DNA of 64,000 nt from Owenia fusiformis (lineage: Eukaryota), in the NCBI GenBank assembly GCA_903813345.2, contig CAIIXF020000001.1:25792001-25856000 (forward strand), read 5' to 3'. Below the pieces are notes generated by a model that was not told the origin of the DNA, searched no databases, and saw nothing but the letters and a program-made list of their open reading frames with translations. A program made the translations under genes and the position numbers. Shown here piece by piece: positions 26,301 to 38,733 of this stretch (its first letter is position 1; each line of letters starts with the position of its first letter).

Positions 26301-29300
26301 AAAAAAATTATATAGGACATTAGTAAAGCTAGAAATGTAGATATTAAAGAAGCACATGGCAGCCATCTTGAAAAATGGGGGCCTTTACTCGTTATTTTAC
26401 GATTTTTGCTGTAACTCGAAAAGTAGTGGAGCGCACATCATATAATCTTAAGAATTTGGTAAAGATTTCACGTTTCAAATAACTTTTAAAGAGGCATTTT
26501 GTTCTCAGGATCAAAAAATTGATATTTTATACATGTATTATTCAACATCAAGGTTTTACAAGGCTTTTAAGCATATTTATTAAAATAAGTTATAAATAAA
26601 TAAGTATCATCAGTTTGTGAAAATCTTTCTTTGCCCATGTTTCAAACCTGAGCTCGTTAGGGTTGGTGTCAGAACCAAATTGAAAAAAATTGTTGACATT
26701 TTGCCATCTTAATACATGTACTATGTGTAAGTTTTATTCATGATATGTTTTACCTCCAAACCAAAGGAATGAGAAGTGAAAATCAACCCACTAGTGGTCT
26801 GCAATGTGGCATCTATACAAGTCTTCAAATACGTTGGTTTTATTTCAGAATTCCGCCGTATGAAAGCTCCCAACAAGAAACGACTAGAGGATGATATAGA
26901 GGTACTGATGACCCAAATAAAGGAGAAAGAAAGTCAACTTGTATCCTTTTTAAGTGTTTGGTTTCATTTTTAATCTCTGGTTTTGGAAAACAATTGCTGC
27001 ATGAAGTGTAATGAAGAAACAATGAAATAAAGATAATTGAGATAAAGTTCGAAAACATTGAGGTATTTTATCTATAATATTTACAAACTCTTTTACAGAG
27101 CAAATTCCAATTCCTGTTTTTAATTTTTTTTATATTTATTTTATAACTTAAGTTGTTTGGTGGATTTATTCTCATATTAGGCTTAATAACACTTGCATGA
27201 AGTAACCAAAGGGCTTGGAATAGATAATGCCAAAAGGAGGAACAAATACTGACTGATTATTTTCATCATGAGGGAGAATTTGATAAAATGTATGCTGTTT
27301 GGTGTGACTCCATGGCATTCCTGTTGTTCTTTTTGGATATTATTATTGATTAAAGAAATCATTCTAACTGAGTCACATCTCCTTAACCCAAGAACCACAG
27401 AAAGCTAACAACAGCAAATCAGACGAAAGAAATCAGGAAGAAGGCCGTAATATACGCGCTGAAAAGGAGGCCAATAATGAAAGGCGAAAGAAGAAAGATG
27501 CCGAATTACGACAACTTGGAGTCACCATTAGATCACAGGTAAGTACAGTAAGCCAGTATGTACAGATCTATTTTCTTGAACAAAATAAAGTGTGAAGACA
27601 TGCATATATTTTCTTGGCTTTTTTCTGGAGTTTGCTATTAAATTCCCTCGAAACATCATGGCATTAAGGCTCAGCTGGAAAGTAACATTTGGGTAAAAAA
27701 TTGCTATACCTGCACATGTTATTTTCTGGTACAAAATAAAGTCTGGAGGCATGTATGTATTTCCTTGCTTTTTTCAGGAAAGTATCATTACACTGACCTA
27801 CTTTTAGTAAACCTGGAAACCAGGTCAATGGTAGCTCCTGTGTTGTCTGGAAACTTTGAAAGAAAATTTGGAAAAATAGAAAGTGTGAAATATCAGAATT
27901 TCCTGGAGTTCCCATTGAACTCCTACCAGAATGATACTTTCCTGAAAAAAGCAAGAAAATTGACACATGCCTTCATACTTTATTTTGTACCAGAAAATAA
28001 CATGTGCAGGTATAGCAATTTTTTACCAAAATGTTATTTTCCAGCTGTACCTGGATACATCAAAGATAATCTCTTTGTTTTGTTTTCTAGCTGGACTCTC
28101 TGGCTAAAGTGCAGGCTCAGTTGACATACAAAAGAGAAGACCGTATCAATGAGGCAATACGCAGACTGGAATACCAACTGAAAAACCAGAATTTCTCACT
28201 GAGGGAAGAAAAGAAGATTGTCAGTGAAATAGATAGTCTTAAGCGCTCAAAGAAGGCTTTGGTGTAAGAGCTATATATTTATATGCATTTATTGTTGTTC
28301 TTTAACATTTCAGCAATCAAAATTATTATATCATCCAAAATGTCAAACAGGAATAAGTGATTTTGAATTTTTTATTTCCATTTTTTCAGCCATAACAAAC
28401 TTTTATCTCTGTCAGACAAGAGCTCTCTCTCTTTCTTTCGTTTGGAAAAATTCGGGAATGTATGGAAAGTTATGAATGCATTGTTGATATTGTAACTTAT
28501 TCTGATGGTATTTAATCTGGGATCCATCTTCCCCCTCTATTAACCCTTCTGATGATGCATCAAGACTGAATAACCGAAGTACAACAGCAATTTTTCAATA
28601 GAGATCCAACAAAGGATTTAATGTATATATTATTGTACATTTCAGTCAGTACACTGCTATGAAGAGAGAGTTGGATTCTCTGAGGGACAAGCAGAGAAGA
28701 ATCAGGGAAGAGATAGGGGTAAGATAATTAATTAATTATGTATCTCGTGTGTAGTGGGCATACATGTACATGTATATGCAAAACTATGATATGATAGGAA
28801 GTTCCCTTGAACTTAAATATTCATTAGTTTTAGTCAATCAATTTTCATATTACCCTTACAAATGAACATGTCCTGTATAAGGTCTATGGGGATTCTACCC
28901 GGCATAGAAGTCACCTTTTCAAAGAAAGTTAAAATCTCAAAGTTGATAAACAATTTTTGAAACGTTATTTCTAGATGCAATTTTACATATTTTTTCACTT
29001 TGACTGAATTCTGAATATTTAATGCTGCAACTTAAGATTATTTCTACTTGCATCTAGTCCATTAATTATCACTTGACTAGCTTTTTATTTCATTTCAGCA
29101 CTACAGCAAAGCAGTGACGGGGCTGAAGAACAGGGAGGGGGCTATTAGGAACTCATTTAAAGCAATGCGAGAGCACAATGAGCAACTCAGGAAAGGTAAC
29201 AATCCAACTTAAAGTATTTACCTTAATAGATTGTAAAATGGCAAAGTTAAAGGGCACATCTTTTTGATAAAGTAACAGCTTAAAAAGTTCATGATGTCAG

Positions 29301-32300
29301 AGAAATGTAATTTTGTAATGTTGATTTAGATTATACATAATACGTATTTATGAGAGTACAGTTGCTTTTAATTCTCAATTTCATTTCCGGTCTACAATTG
29401 TTTAACAAATTAATGTGTAACAAAAGATCATGGGTCGTCTCAGATAAATATTTTGAAGTTCAATTGAATCTATCTGTTTCAGAAATCGATGCCTTATTTG
29501 ATGAGAAACGAAAAATGATTGCAGACTTCAAAAAGTATGAGAATGAATATTATAATTGCAAACGTATAACTAAGGAAGTTCAGTCAAAGAAACGAGAAGA
29601 AGAAAAACGTGCTCAATTGGCTGCCAAACAAAAGGAAATGTAAGTTTTTTTTTACATCTTTTGTAGGAAAATAACTTTTGTTATAACTACAAAATGTGAG
29701 TACTTAGTACTATAGTAAAAAATACTAAAGTGAGAGAAACACTATTAGCTCATGTTACAGGGTTCTCATCAGGAAATTTTTAGACCCCGGATTTTCAGCG
29801 GATTGAGACTACATTTTTTGCGGTATCGCGACTACTTCTCCTCATTTGAGATCAGAGATATCCTATTCGTATACTTTTCAACATACTTCTTAAGATTATC
29901 TTGCTTTTTTAATCCCAATATTTATTTCTAAAAGGTTTCTGACTGACTATTTCTTGTTTGTATCCAGTTTTATGTATTTTCTCAAGAGTTTTACCGCAAA
30001 TAATGTGACAAAAATATAAAATTAGACTCTGGAGCAAGAGGGTTTTAAGACAATAGACTCTGGAGAATCTCCGGAGTCTAAAAGCCTAATGAGAACCCTG
30101 TGTTATATGTAGGTCACATAATAAGTATTTAAAGACATAACTTTAATGTTTTGTTCCAGTGCTGAAATAGAAGCCCTAAGGGAGCCCTATGAGCAGGAGA
30201 AACAACTATGTACAACTTTGATAGTTTATTTACAACGGTTTCTGTCTCAGGAGACAACGCAGGACAACCAACAAGATACTCCCTCAACACCAGGTTAGTA
30301 CAGACCCACCACTCTTGTTTGGTCAACTTTATTTCTCTTGACAATATGTTAGTACACAACCACCACTCTTGTTTGGTCAACTTTATATCTCTTGACAATA
30401 TGTTAGTACACATTACACAACCACCACTCTTGTTTGGTCAACTTTATTTCTCTTGACAATATGTTAGTAAACAACCACCACTCTTGTTTGGTCAACTTTA
30501 TATCTCTTGACAATATGTTAGTAAACAACTACCACTCTTGTTTGGTCAACTTTATATCTCCGAATCTTGACAATATGTTAGTACACAACCACCACTGTTG
30601 TTTGGTCAACTTTATTTCTCTTGACAGTATGTTAGTACACAACCGCCACTCTTGTTTGGTCAACTTTATTTCTGATGACAATATGTTTGTACACAACCAC
30701 CACTCTTGTTTGGTCAACTTTATATCTCTTGACAATATGTTTGTACACAACCACCACTCTTGTTTGGTCAACTTTATATCTCTTGACAATATGTTTGTAC
30801 ACAACAACCACTCTTGTTTGGTCAACTTTATATCTCTTGACAATATGTTTGTACACAACCACCACTCTTGTTTGGTCAACTTTATATCTATTGACAATAT
30901 GTTAGTGTTCTACATTCACCCAGTGTGAAAACAAATCATATTTTATAGCTAGTAAATGCATTCAACTCTTGTGACACATTTTACTCTGTTTGAATTAATT
31001 TTCTTTCCCATTTTAATTAATTGTAAAACTGAGTCATTGTTGAACATTTGTGTACACAAAGAGCAAAATAATTGTTATTCATTAGGACTTTGCTTTCAAA
31101 ATGGTAACCATGTCAGCCATCATGCTGAAGAAAATATTTGTTGTTGATCCAGATGCAGTAAAGGCAGTTGAAAAGGAGGCTGGTATGTTTGTGTTGCGTA
31201 GGAAGAAAAGTGATGAAGATGATGTGTTCTGGGGAGCTGGACGTGGCAAAGCTGGCAAACGAAACAAGAAAGACAAGAAAAAGATAAGTGTGGTATGTGT
31301 CTTGTATGAATTTTCAAGGTAGTTCTGCAATTTTAAAAAAAGTTGAAAATATATTTCTAGGAAAATTTCATTTTACCATTCAAACAAAAGATTCTGACTT
31401 TGAATGTATTCAATTTAAAAAAATTATCTTTATGTGGATCTATCTACCTTAAAGTAATTGTGTGTGCATTTGGGGAAATTTCTTTTACTTACTCGCTTTG
31501 ATTTCAAAGACACTGTCTAGATTTCAGATCATTCCACGACTGAAACAATATACTTTAATTTCTTTGAAAATGTATGTTTAATAATAGAACACTTGATCAT
31601 TCCAGCCAAAGCATATTCAGCACAGTCCAGAGATATTTGCTCAGTTTGATGCATTGAACCTCACAGCTCCATCGACCATGACTGAAGTACAGATCTCAAT
31701 TGAACAGTTACAAGCCAGAAAGGTCAGTTGCAAATTTTGCAAATAAGTGGATTTATGAATAGAAAGGAAATGTAAATAATCAAACATTATCATTAACTGT
31801 TTTTTGTAAACATAGTTTATTCTATATACAAATGCATATGTATTTGAACATTTCTCTTCCTTTGTTGATTGGTTGCAGTGCTTATTCCAATATTAGCCGG
31901 TCTGTATCAAATGTTTCCAGTTATTTTGTGTGCTCAGGTAGAACATTAGATACACAAATACATGAATATTGCTCAACACACATTTTGTATGTTGATATTG
32001 TTGTAAAATACTTGCAGGCATATTACCAGAATGCTCCAGCTATTGTGCCATCACAATTCTCCCCAACAAGTCAGGTGTCTACTGATTGGACAATCAGTGA
32101 AGCAACATCGCACACTGGAAGTCTTGTTAGCGTAACTACACTAGATAGCACAACATCTGATGGTTCCGTCATCTCAGACGTCGACCTAGAGTCAACTCTC
32201 AAACAGCAGGACTTTCAAAATATTTTGGTAAGTGAAACTATAGACGATGCTGTGGAAGAAAGGTCCATATCCCCTATTGAAAAAGACATTAATAAAGATA

Positions 32301-32785
32301 ATGTCGGAAAAGGCACCACAGAGGGACCAGGTGTTAATATGGAGAAGGTTCCAAGTACAACTCTTGTCATGCGGAGTATAAGTAGTGAGAATGATGGATC
32401 AAGTATATGTAGCCTTGACAACCATGTTAACAATGCCCATGATGCAACAGACACTGAGGAATCAGGTATCGAGCTAGATGAATTCACGCACGATCTACCC
32501 AAAACTAATAAACAATGTCCCAGAGATAAACTAAAATTGCATATACTTAAAGACAGTAATACTATCAACAACGCACATGCAGGAAATGAAGTGGATGCTG
32601 ATAGTGCATTAAATAATATGAACAACTGTAATGGCTATATAGATGATGCTGAAAACAAGGATGATATAGCTGATACCTGTAATAAAGACACTGTAGCCAA
32701 TGAGAAAGTGACTCAATGTGAAGATTCTAGTGATAAGTTTGACACAGAGAATCTTGTTAATGGTGATGTTGTTGAGGAGTCATAG
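23322..32785 (+). CDS. Coiled-coil protein, Bfr1 / proton-pump-interactor (PPI)-like, with acidic low-complexity tail; 11 exons, ~651 aa
   Basis: Exons: 23322-23388, 26849-26940, 27401-27538, 28091-28263, 28646-28718, 29099-29195, 29483-29639, 30160-30293, 31153-31292, 31606-31722, 32018-32785. Total 1956 nt, open frame, GT-AG. Motifs: APNKKRLEDDIEVL, INEAIRRLEYQLKNQNFSLREEKKIVSEIDSLKRSKK, PYEQEKQLCTTLIVYL, RKKSDEDDVFWGAGRGKAGKRNKK, HSPEIFAQFDALNLTAPSTMTEVQISIEQLQARKAYY. The exon 3 acceptor is the least certain boundary. Confidence 0.85.
23793..24702. mobile_element. hAT-like MITE in intron 1 of the Bfr1-like gene
   Basis: TIR TAGGGCCGTGCC / GGCACAGCCCTA, with many CGGAA/TTCCG subterminal repeats at both ends. 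TSD not preserved. Confidence 0.7.
26098..26433 (-). mobile_element. Partial copy (3' part, inverted) of the HINE family at 40992 and 51462
   Basis: ATCCCATCGAACAAAGTTCGGAGGG...AAAATGGCGGCCATTTT...GGCAGCCATCTTGAAAAATGG matches the reverse complement of 52380-52750. The GACG microsatellite is deleted. Confidence 0.75.
27666..28053. repeat. Inverted repeat (MITE-like, ~120-bp arms) filling most of intron 3 of the Bfr1-like gene
   Basis: 27672-27789 is the near-identical reverse complement of 27930-28047. Confidence 0.75.
29758..30100. mobile_element. hAT-like MITE with 5-bp TSD
   Basis: TIR CAGGGTTCTCATCAGG / CCTAATGAGAACCCTG, with TGTTA duplicated on both sides. Confidence 0.8.
30294..30906 (+). 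repeat. 54-bp minisatellite, ~11 units, starting at the donor of intron 8
   Basis: Unit GTTAGTACACAACCACCACTCTTGTTTGGTCAACTTTATATCTCTTGACAATAT repeated head-to-tail with no spacers. Confidence 0.95.
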
Positions 32786-33189
32786 CGTAAAGCTCATTCT
32801 ATGTCTCACTAATTTTAGTGGCTTGTTTGAAATACTGTATGAGGGGGGACTGTAACAAATATATCAAGGACCTATTAATTGAACTGTTTTTTTAGTTAAA
32901 AAAACAAGCCATTACATAATCAAAATATTGATCTGCCATTTTGAATTATAATCAACCAACACCAATTGGTATTCACTTCTAATGTAACAATTCATTACTT
33001 CAGGGAATTGGCGCACATCGCACACATCAATGAATTATATTCCGATTTATCTAATAACATGTACCCTTAACACACAAATTTTATGTAACTCCAAATCATC
33101 TGGTGATATTCACAGGACCTCCTCTTATTAAGAACAATATTCAATAACTAACTCTCATTCTCAGATATTCTGAAATTTAAAAAATCATG

Positions 33190-34239
33190 ACAGCCTGCAA
33201 TGTGCACCATGAATAGACATTGGTACATATCTCTTTTCAAGCTTAAATGAAGGACCCACGGTCCTATGCTCACACAGTTTGGAACCTTCAGAGGAATTTA
33301 TATCCTGACTTTCAAACAAAAATATTGATTTGGATTTGTAGTCTCGAACTTTGAGAAACTTAGATAGCATAGTTATGTGACCTAGTTTGATGACCTTTGA
33401 CCTTGAAAATTTTACTTATTCAGAGCTCAGTAAGGTCTTTTGTGATTAAGCTGACCAAAATTTACATCAAAAAATCAATTTGAAAAATCAACTTTTTTGA
33501 CCTTTCGAAGGTCACTGAAGGTCAAGTAAAGGTGAAATCCTAAAACTAATGTCAGATTTGAACTCCTGGCAACTTGTAGATGATTTTCAAAAAAAAATTT
33601 GGTCAAATTGAAGCAAGTTGAAAAATAACTTATTTTTACTGTTTTTTGACGTCAAATATTTCAAAAACGGTAAAAATTTGATGCTGACATATATCGAGAA
33701 ATATGTAGGGAATGCTTAAATCTATTAATGATGTAATTTATTGCAGGAAATGATCAAGTATAAGGCAAACTTTAAGAATCTTGTCAATCACAAAACCTGC
33801 CATTGACTTTATACATGAGAAAGTTTCCTGAAAATGACTAGTTTTTTTCAAATTTTATAGAGTAAGCACCAAAAACCGTAATTCCAAGAGCTTTGAAATC
33901 TTCAGAGGACATAGGTTGCATATACACCAACTACTAAAAGTTATTTGAAAGTTCTACTTCAACAAAGTGTCTAGTATTTACAGAAAATTTGAATTTTTGA
34001 CGTCAAAATCCGCAATTTCTCGGAAACCGGGCGAACTTGGGAAATCATGATGATAGGTCAAATAGGCATTATGGATATGCATAAAATGAATGTGGATATG
34101 ACTCAATCCGAATAGCAGTTTTAATTTGTGCAGCCAATGGTGACGGACGGACGGACCAACGGACGGACGGACGGACGGACCAACGGACGGACGGACGGAC
34201 GCCTGGTCAATCCCATAGGCTCACTGTGTGAGCCAAAAA
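33190..34239 (+). mobile_element. Helentron-type (HINE/pearl-like) element, second family
   Basis: TGACCTTTGACC motifs, (GACG)n microsatellite at 34142-34201, and 3' hairpin GGCTCACTGTGTGAGCC followed by an A-run. A degenerate 3' end recurs at ~54690-54775. The 5' boundary is approximate. Confidence 0.6.
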
Positions 34240-35474
34240 TTGCTCACCTAATTAACAGCATGAAAATTTTTGATTTTTAAAGGTGATTAATTCACTTTTA
34301 TAATCCATCTTAAGTATTTTGTACTGTACAATATACATTAATAAAAAGGAGGGTTTGTATGAAAGTCTATCTGATGAAGTTATAGGTTGTTCTGCTTTTG
34401 AAATTTGTTAGAGTATTTTAGGATCAGGCTAAGAGACGGAGCAACTGAATTGTTTTTGAATAAACAAACCGGAAAATATGCTTTTAAATAATTTGGCTTA
34501 TATGTGTGTACATATACACATATGTATATTGTATATTGATGTATTGATCCAAAACAGTTGTACAGTAGAATGGATATATTTATATATAAGAAAGAATCAA
34601 TGCAGTACTTAACCAAATATTAATACAATGCATGCATTCTCGAATAATGTTCAGTTAGAGTAATTTGAATGCACAATAAATCTTATTCTTAATATATACT
34701 GCATTTAATCGGATATTGTATGTTAGTCACTATATTATTGCAGACTTTAAAAGGTGTATACAGAAGATGCACAAATTTATAGACTCGTTGTACATTACAT
34801 ACACATTAGGGATCCACAAAATATTCTTCATTTCAGTCTATTGTGGGTTCCCTAATACACATTTAAAGGCCTTGTGTGTATTTATATAAATACCTCATAG
34901 TCATTTTGTCTGAATATCTGACTGGAGTGATAAATACAACAGCAAAGGTCATACCCAGGGAGAGATTGTATATTTGGGTGTTTGTAGGGGAAAATATTAT
35001 ATCCTGAAGGGGAACCATGATATATAACCCCCAAGCAGAGAATTAGCCTTCATCATATGGAGAGGATGAACTATTCATTGTAATTCACACTTGCATTTAT
35101 TTTCCATTTACATTTATAATAGTAAATATATATATGTACTGTATGAAATGGTGTCTTAGTATTTGCAATCATTGTAATTTCACTAATCTGTCTATTCATA
35201 AAAACATGTTGGTGAATTTGAAAATGATGAAATGACAAGACCCCATGTTATACAATATGTGTGATATATCAGATCTTTAATCTACTTCATGCTTATAGGG
35301 ATATTTGGAAACAGGAGCAATTAAATGTAGAGACTCTATGTATCTGTGGTTTTAGTGTATGCTGAGAATTTTCATAGTAGATATATTGATGATATTATAC
35401 TATATTTAAGCAGATAATTGATTGCAGTAGAGTAGCTTGTATACAAATGTGAATATAGGATAATGGAGTGATCT

Positions 35475-35635
35475 CACAAGCTGGATTAAGTGCTCACAAG
35501 TTGAATTGAGTGCTTATAAGCTGAATTGAGTGCTTACAAGCTAAATTGAGTGTTCATAAGCTGAATTGAGTGTTTATAAGCTGAATTGAGTGTTTATAAG
35601 CTGAATTGAGTGCTTATAAACAGAATTGAGTGCTG
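35475..35635 (+). repeat. 20-bp minisatellite, ~8 units
   Basis: Variants of ATAAGCTGAATTGAGTGCTT in tandem. Confidence 0.9.
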
Positions 35636-38600
35636 TACGCAGTTGAGTATTTTATAAAATTTTATTGCACTCAACTGGAGTCCAAAAATTAGAATTTCGT
35701 ACCACTTTGCATATTTGTTTGTGTATTACTTAGGAAAGAATTTTTACTCAGTTCCAAAACACAAAGTTTAACTCATTTGAGAAATCATTGTGGGATCTGC
35801 ATAATATATTTTTTGGTCATAACTACTGCTTTTTTAACGAATTGATCTCTTGCTGAAACAAGTATTACTTGATAATTGATTGTCAATCATGGTATTCAGA
35901 GTTAGATATGTTGTTTTAGAGCATTTCAAATATTTTCTTACATACCCCTAGATTACAGTTTCACTTATTTTTTCACTTGGTTTAGGTTTTTTAAACATCT
36001 ACGATTCTAGCAAATAATGAATGTGATATTCATGATTGTTTTTGAATGTCCATATTTGGAGAGAAATTTAATCGATTAAACATTAACTATTGACTCAATT
36101 GATAACATTGATACATAGAATTATGATTACCTTGATGTGTTTGTTTGTTGTCATACAATCTTAGACAATGCATGTTATCCCCATGCAGCTTTGTGTTCAT
36201 TGTAATTTTTGTATATCTTAGTCTAATCTCTGTTGTTACCACAAATCACTTTTTCCACATATGAATTTTAGAATTGTTTTGAAGCCCCAAATTGCAGTGG
36301 GCTTTGTAACAGATATGTCCTTTGTATTATGAAGATATGTGCACTCATGCATATGCATGTACGAGTGTAAAATGTGTGTTTTAGTCATATTAGCTTTTTT
36401 GTTGGGTGTTATGATCGGCAAATAAAAGATGAATATCATTTTTCCCAAAACAGATTGTAGATTGTGGAGTATGAGAAACAGATCCTGAGCATTAAGGATT
36501 TTGAGACCCTAAGAACTGAGACACATCCGTGTTCAATATAGTGTCCTGAAGCTTTATAGCCTATTGTGTTTATACAATGTGAAAATCTTCGCTTGTGAGC
36601 CTTTACAGAACAAAGTTCTGTTCCCATAAGGGGCGCTCACAATTGAAAGCAGTATGCATCAAGAAATTGTATTTCCTTACACATGCCATATATTCTGAAG
36701 TTCTACTCCTATCTGACATGCATTTATCATGTATTTTCTTACATTTGTTTTTATGAAGCTCTGTCTTACTTTACTATAGATTGTTTCACAAATCCTAATA
36801 TTGAGATTTTTGCATTTTATAATCTTTTAGCTATGACTGTAAGCATAGTATGCATGTAATGCATGTTAACCTTTTAATCAGTGATTGGATCAAAGGTTTC
36901 AATAAAGTAATTTTAGTGTGTGTTTAATGCTTGAAATCCTAATCAGGAATTCAGCATTACCAATCATGTATTAATTGCAATTTAGTATGAACACTGTACA
37001 ATGAATCCTTGTTACCTTCATTTTAGAATGTTCATGTCACTATGAAACCTCAGAAATTCTCAGTGAAGATGAATGTAGGGTGAAAATATGAATTTTAATA
37101 GAATATTGAGCATTGAAATGAAGTCTATTAAAATAGATGGAAGCTCAGTCAAATTCACCTTATGTAAATGTATATATTATTGATAATTAATAGTCTATTT
37201 AAAAAATAAATGAATGATATAAAAATGTTAAGATTATTGTTGTTTAATCGAAAATGATATACTCTGCTTGGAATATCTGGCTTTTTACTACAGGTGTATA
37301 ATACAGGGTTGTAAAAAACTTTTGTGAGTTAAAAAGATTACTCCCTCATATTTGACACATTTATACATCATTCAATTTTCTGCCACCCTACCATATCTCA
37401 TGACCATCAGACTGATTGTCACAATGTTTCAGCACTTTGAACAACATGCTTCAGGTTTGGCCATCATCATACTGTTGGCAAACCTGTTCATTTGTCAAAG
37501 ACCCGAATGCATTCCTCGGCAGGTATGGCCTGAATGACACAGATGATCTCACTTTTGAGGTGTGCAATTGTCCTGAGGTTACCTTTGCTTGATACTGAAC
37601 AGTGAAATTAACCAAGGGAGCTTGCTCTTTAAGTACTCAGGTTTATTGTATGACCTGTAAAATGAAGCCCTCTGATTGGTCAGTCCTTGTGCTGTACCAA
37701 TCAGTATTACTATGAGATTGTCCCCATTGATCATCTCAGTAGCAATACAGAAACTATTGGTACAGAGAGGACAATCTCAGTAGCAATAGAGAACACAGAA
37801 TATTTCCTAGGGATAATCTTCTTAGTAAAATGTATTGGCCTAAGATCACATGATAAAAACGTTAAAGAATGATTTAAAGTGCAATACAGATATATTCTGG
37901 TCTCGATATTCTGTATTGGCAGTCAACTTTGTCTCGTTCCAAAACAGAATTTCTCGAGCAGAATATATCCTGTATTGCACTTCAAATCATTAAATAACTT
38001 AAAATTTTTTTGGGTAAATGGCAAAATTACAAAAATATTGACCTTTTTGTACTTGTACCTTTTTAATTGAGCCACTCTGTATATAGCAAAACAATTCTGG
38101 TATCTTGTGTGTACTTGTCAGTTATTTTCAAAATAGCTTTCAAAAACTTTTTAAGTTTTTAGATCATGACCATGCCTTGATTTTCTTACACATAATTCAA
38201 TTTTTCAAATCAAAGTGTCTACAAATACTAACAAAACTATTTTAATCAATTTCCTATAAAAAATAGTTGTATATTTTATCTAAATGTTAAAAGCTGAACA
38301 CTTGAAATGGTGGTGAGTTTACAATTCTTCCTTTAATCATAACATAACAAACACTTGTTAAAGCAAATGACAACTGCATTTGCGCATGTCCAATATTTCA
38401 TACATGATCTATAGAACTATGTATCTTCCAGACATGATTAAAATAACATCCTTAATATAATTGCAGTCTCAAGATTGGCAATTCTGCCTTGTCGGCAATA
38501 TCCAGATTTAGCATAAGTGACAGCCCCTAGGATAAGGCTATAATAGACTGATATTTACAAACTAAATCAACTGCATGATATATATATTTTTTGTAGAATA

Positions 38601-38733
38601 TCTACTGTAGCGTTCCTATAGACTATCGACTATCATGTTGCCATAGTTGTATACAATACATTGTTAGACAAGTATGTAAGCTTTGTTTACAATATCCACA
38701 ATACTGCTCCTATGGTTTTATGTAGAGTATCCT

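Noticed and set aside
30294-30906. Regular repeats resembling a CRISPR array or a repeat protein (ORFs 30434-30928, 30529-30897)
   Set aside because: Units are head-to-tail with no unique spacers, there are no cas genes, and the array is in a eukaryotic intron. The ORFs arise because 54 is a multiple of 3.
31086-31152. Alternative acceptor at 31085 for exon 9
   Set aside because: It leads to an in-frame TGA at 31145-31147, whereas the acceptor at 31152 keeps the frame.
31832-32785. 317-aa ORF as a standalone gene
   Set aside because: Its first ~62 codons are intronic. The acceptor at 32017 joins the rest in frame as the last exon of the Bfr1-like gene.
34240-38700. Possible additional gene or ncRNA between the convergent Bfr1-like and MSH6 3' ends
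   Set aside because: Only short low-complexity ORFs, no consistent exon chain and no recognisable tRNA/rRNA/snRNA motifs. Most likely 3' UTRs and intergenic DNA.
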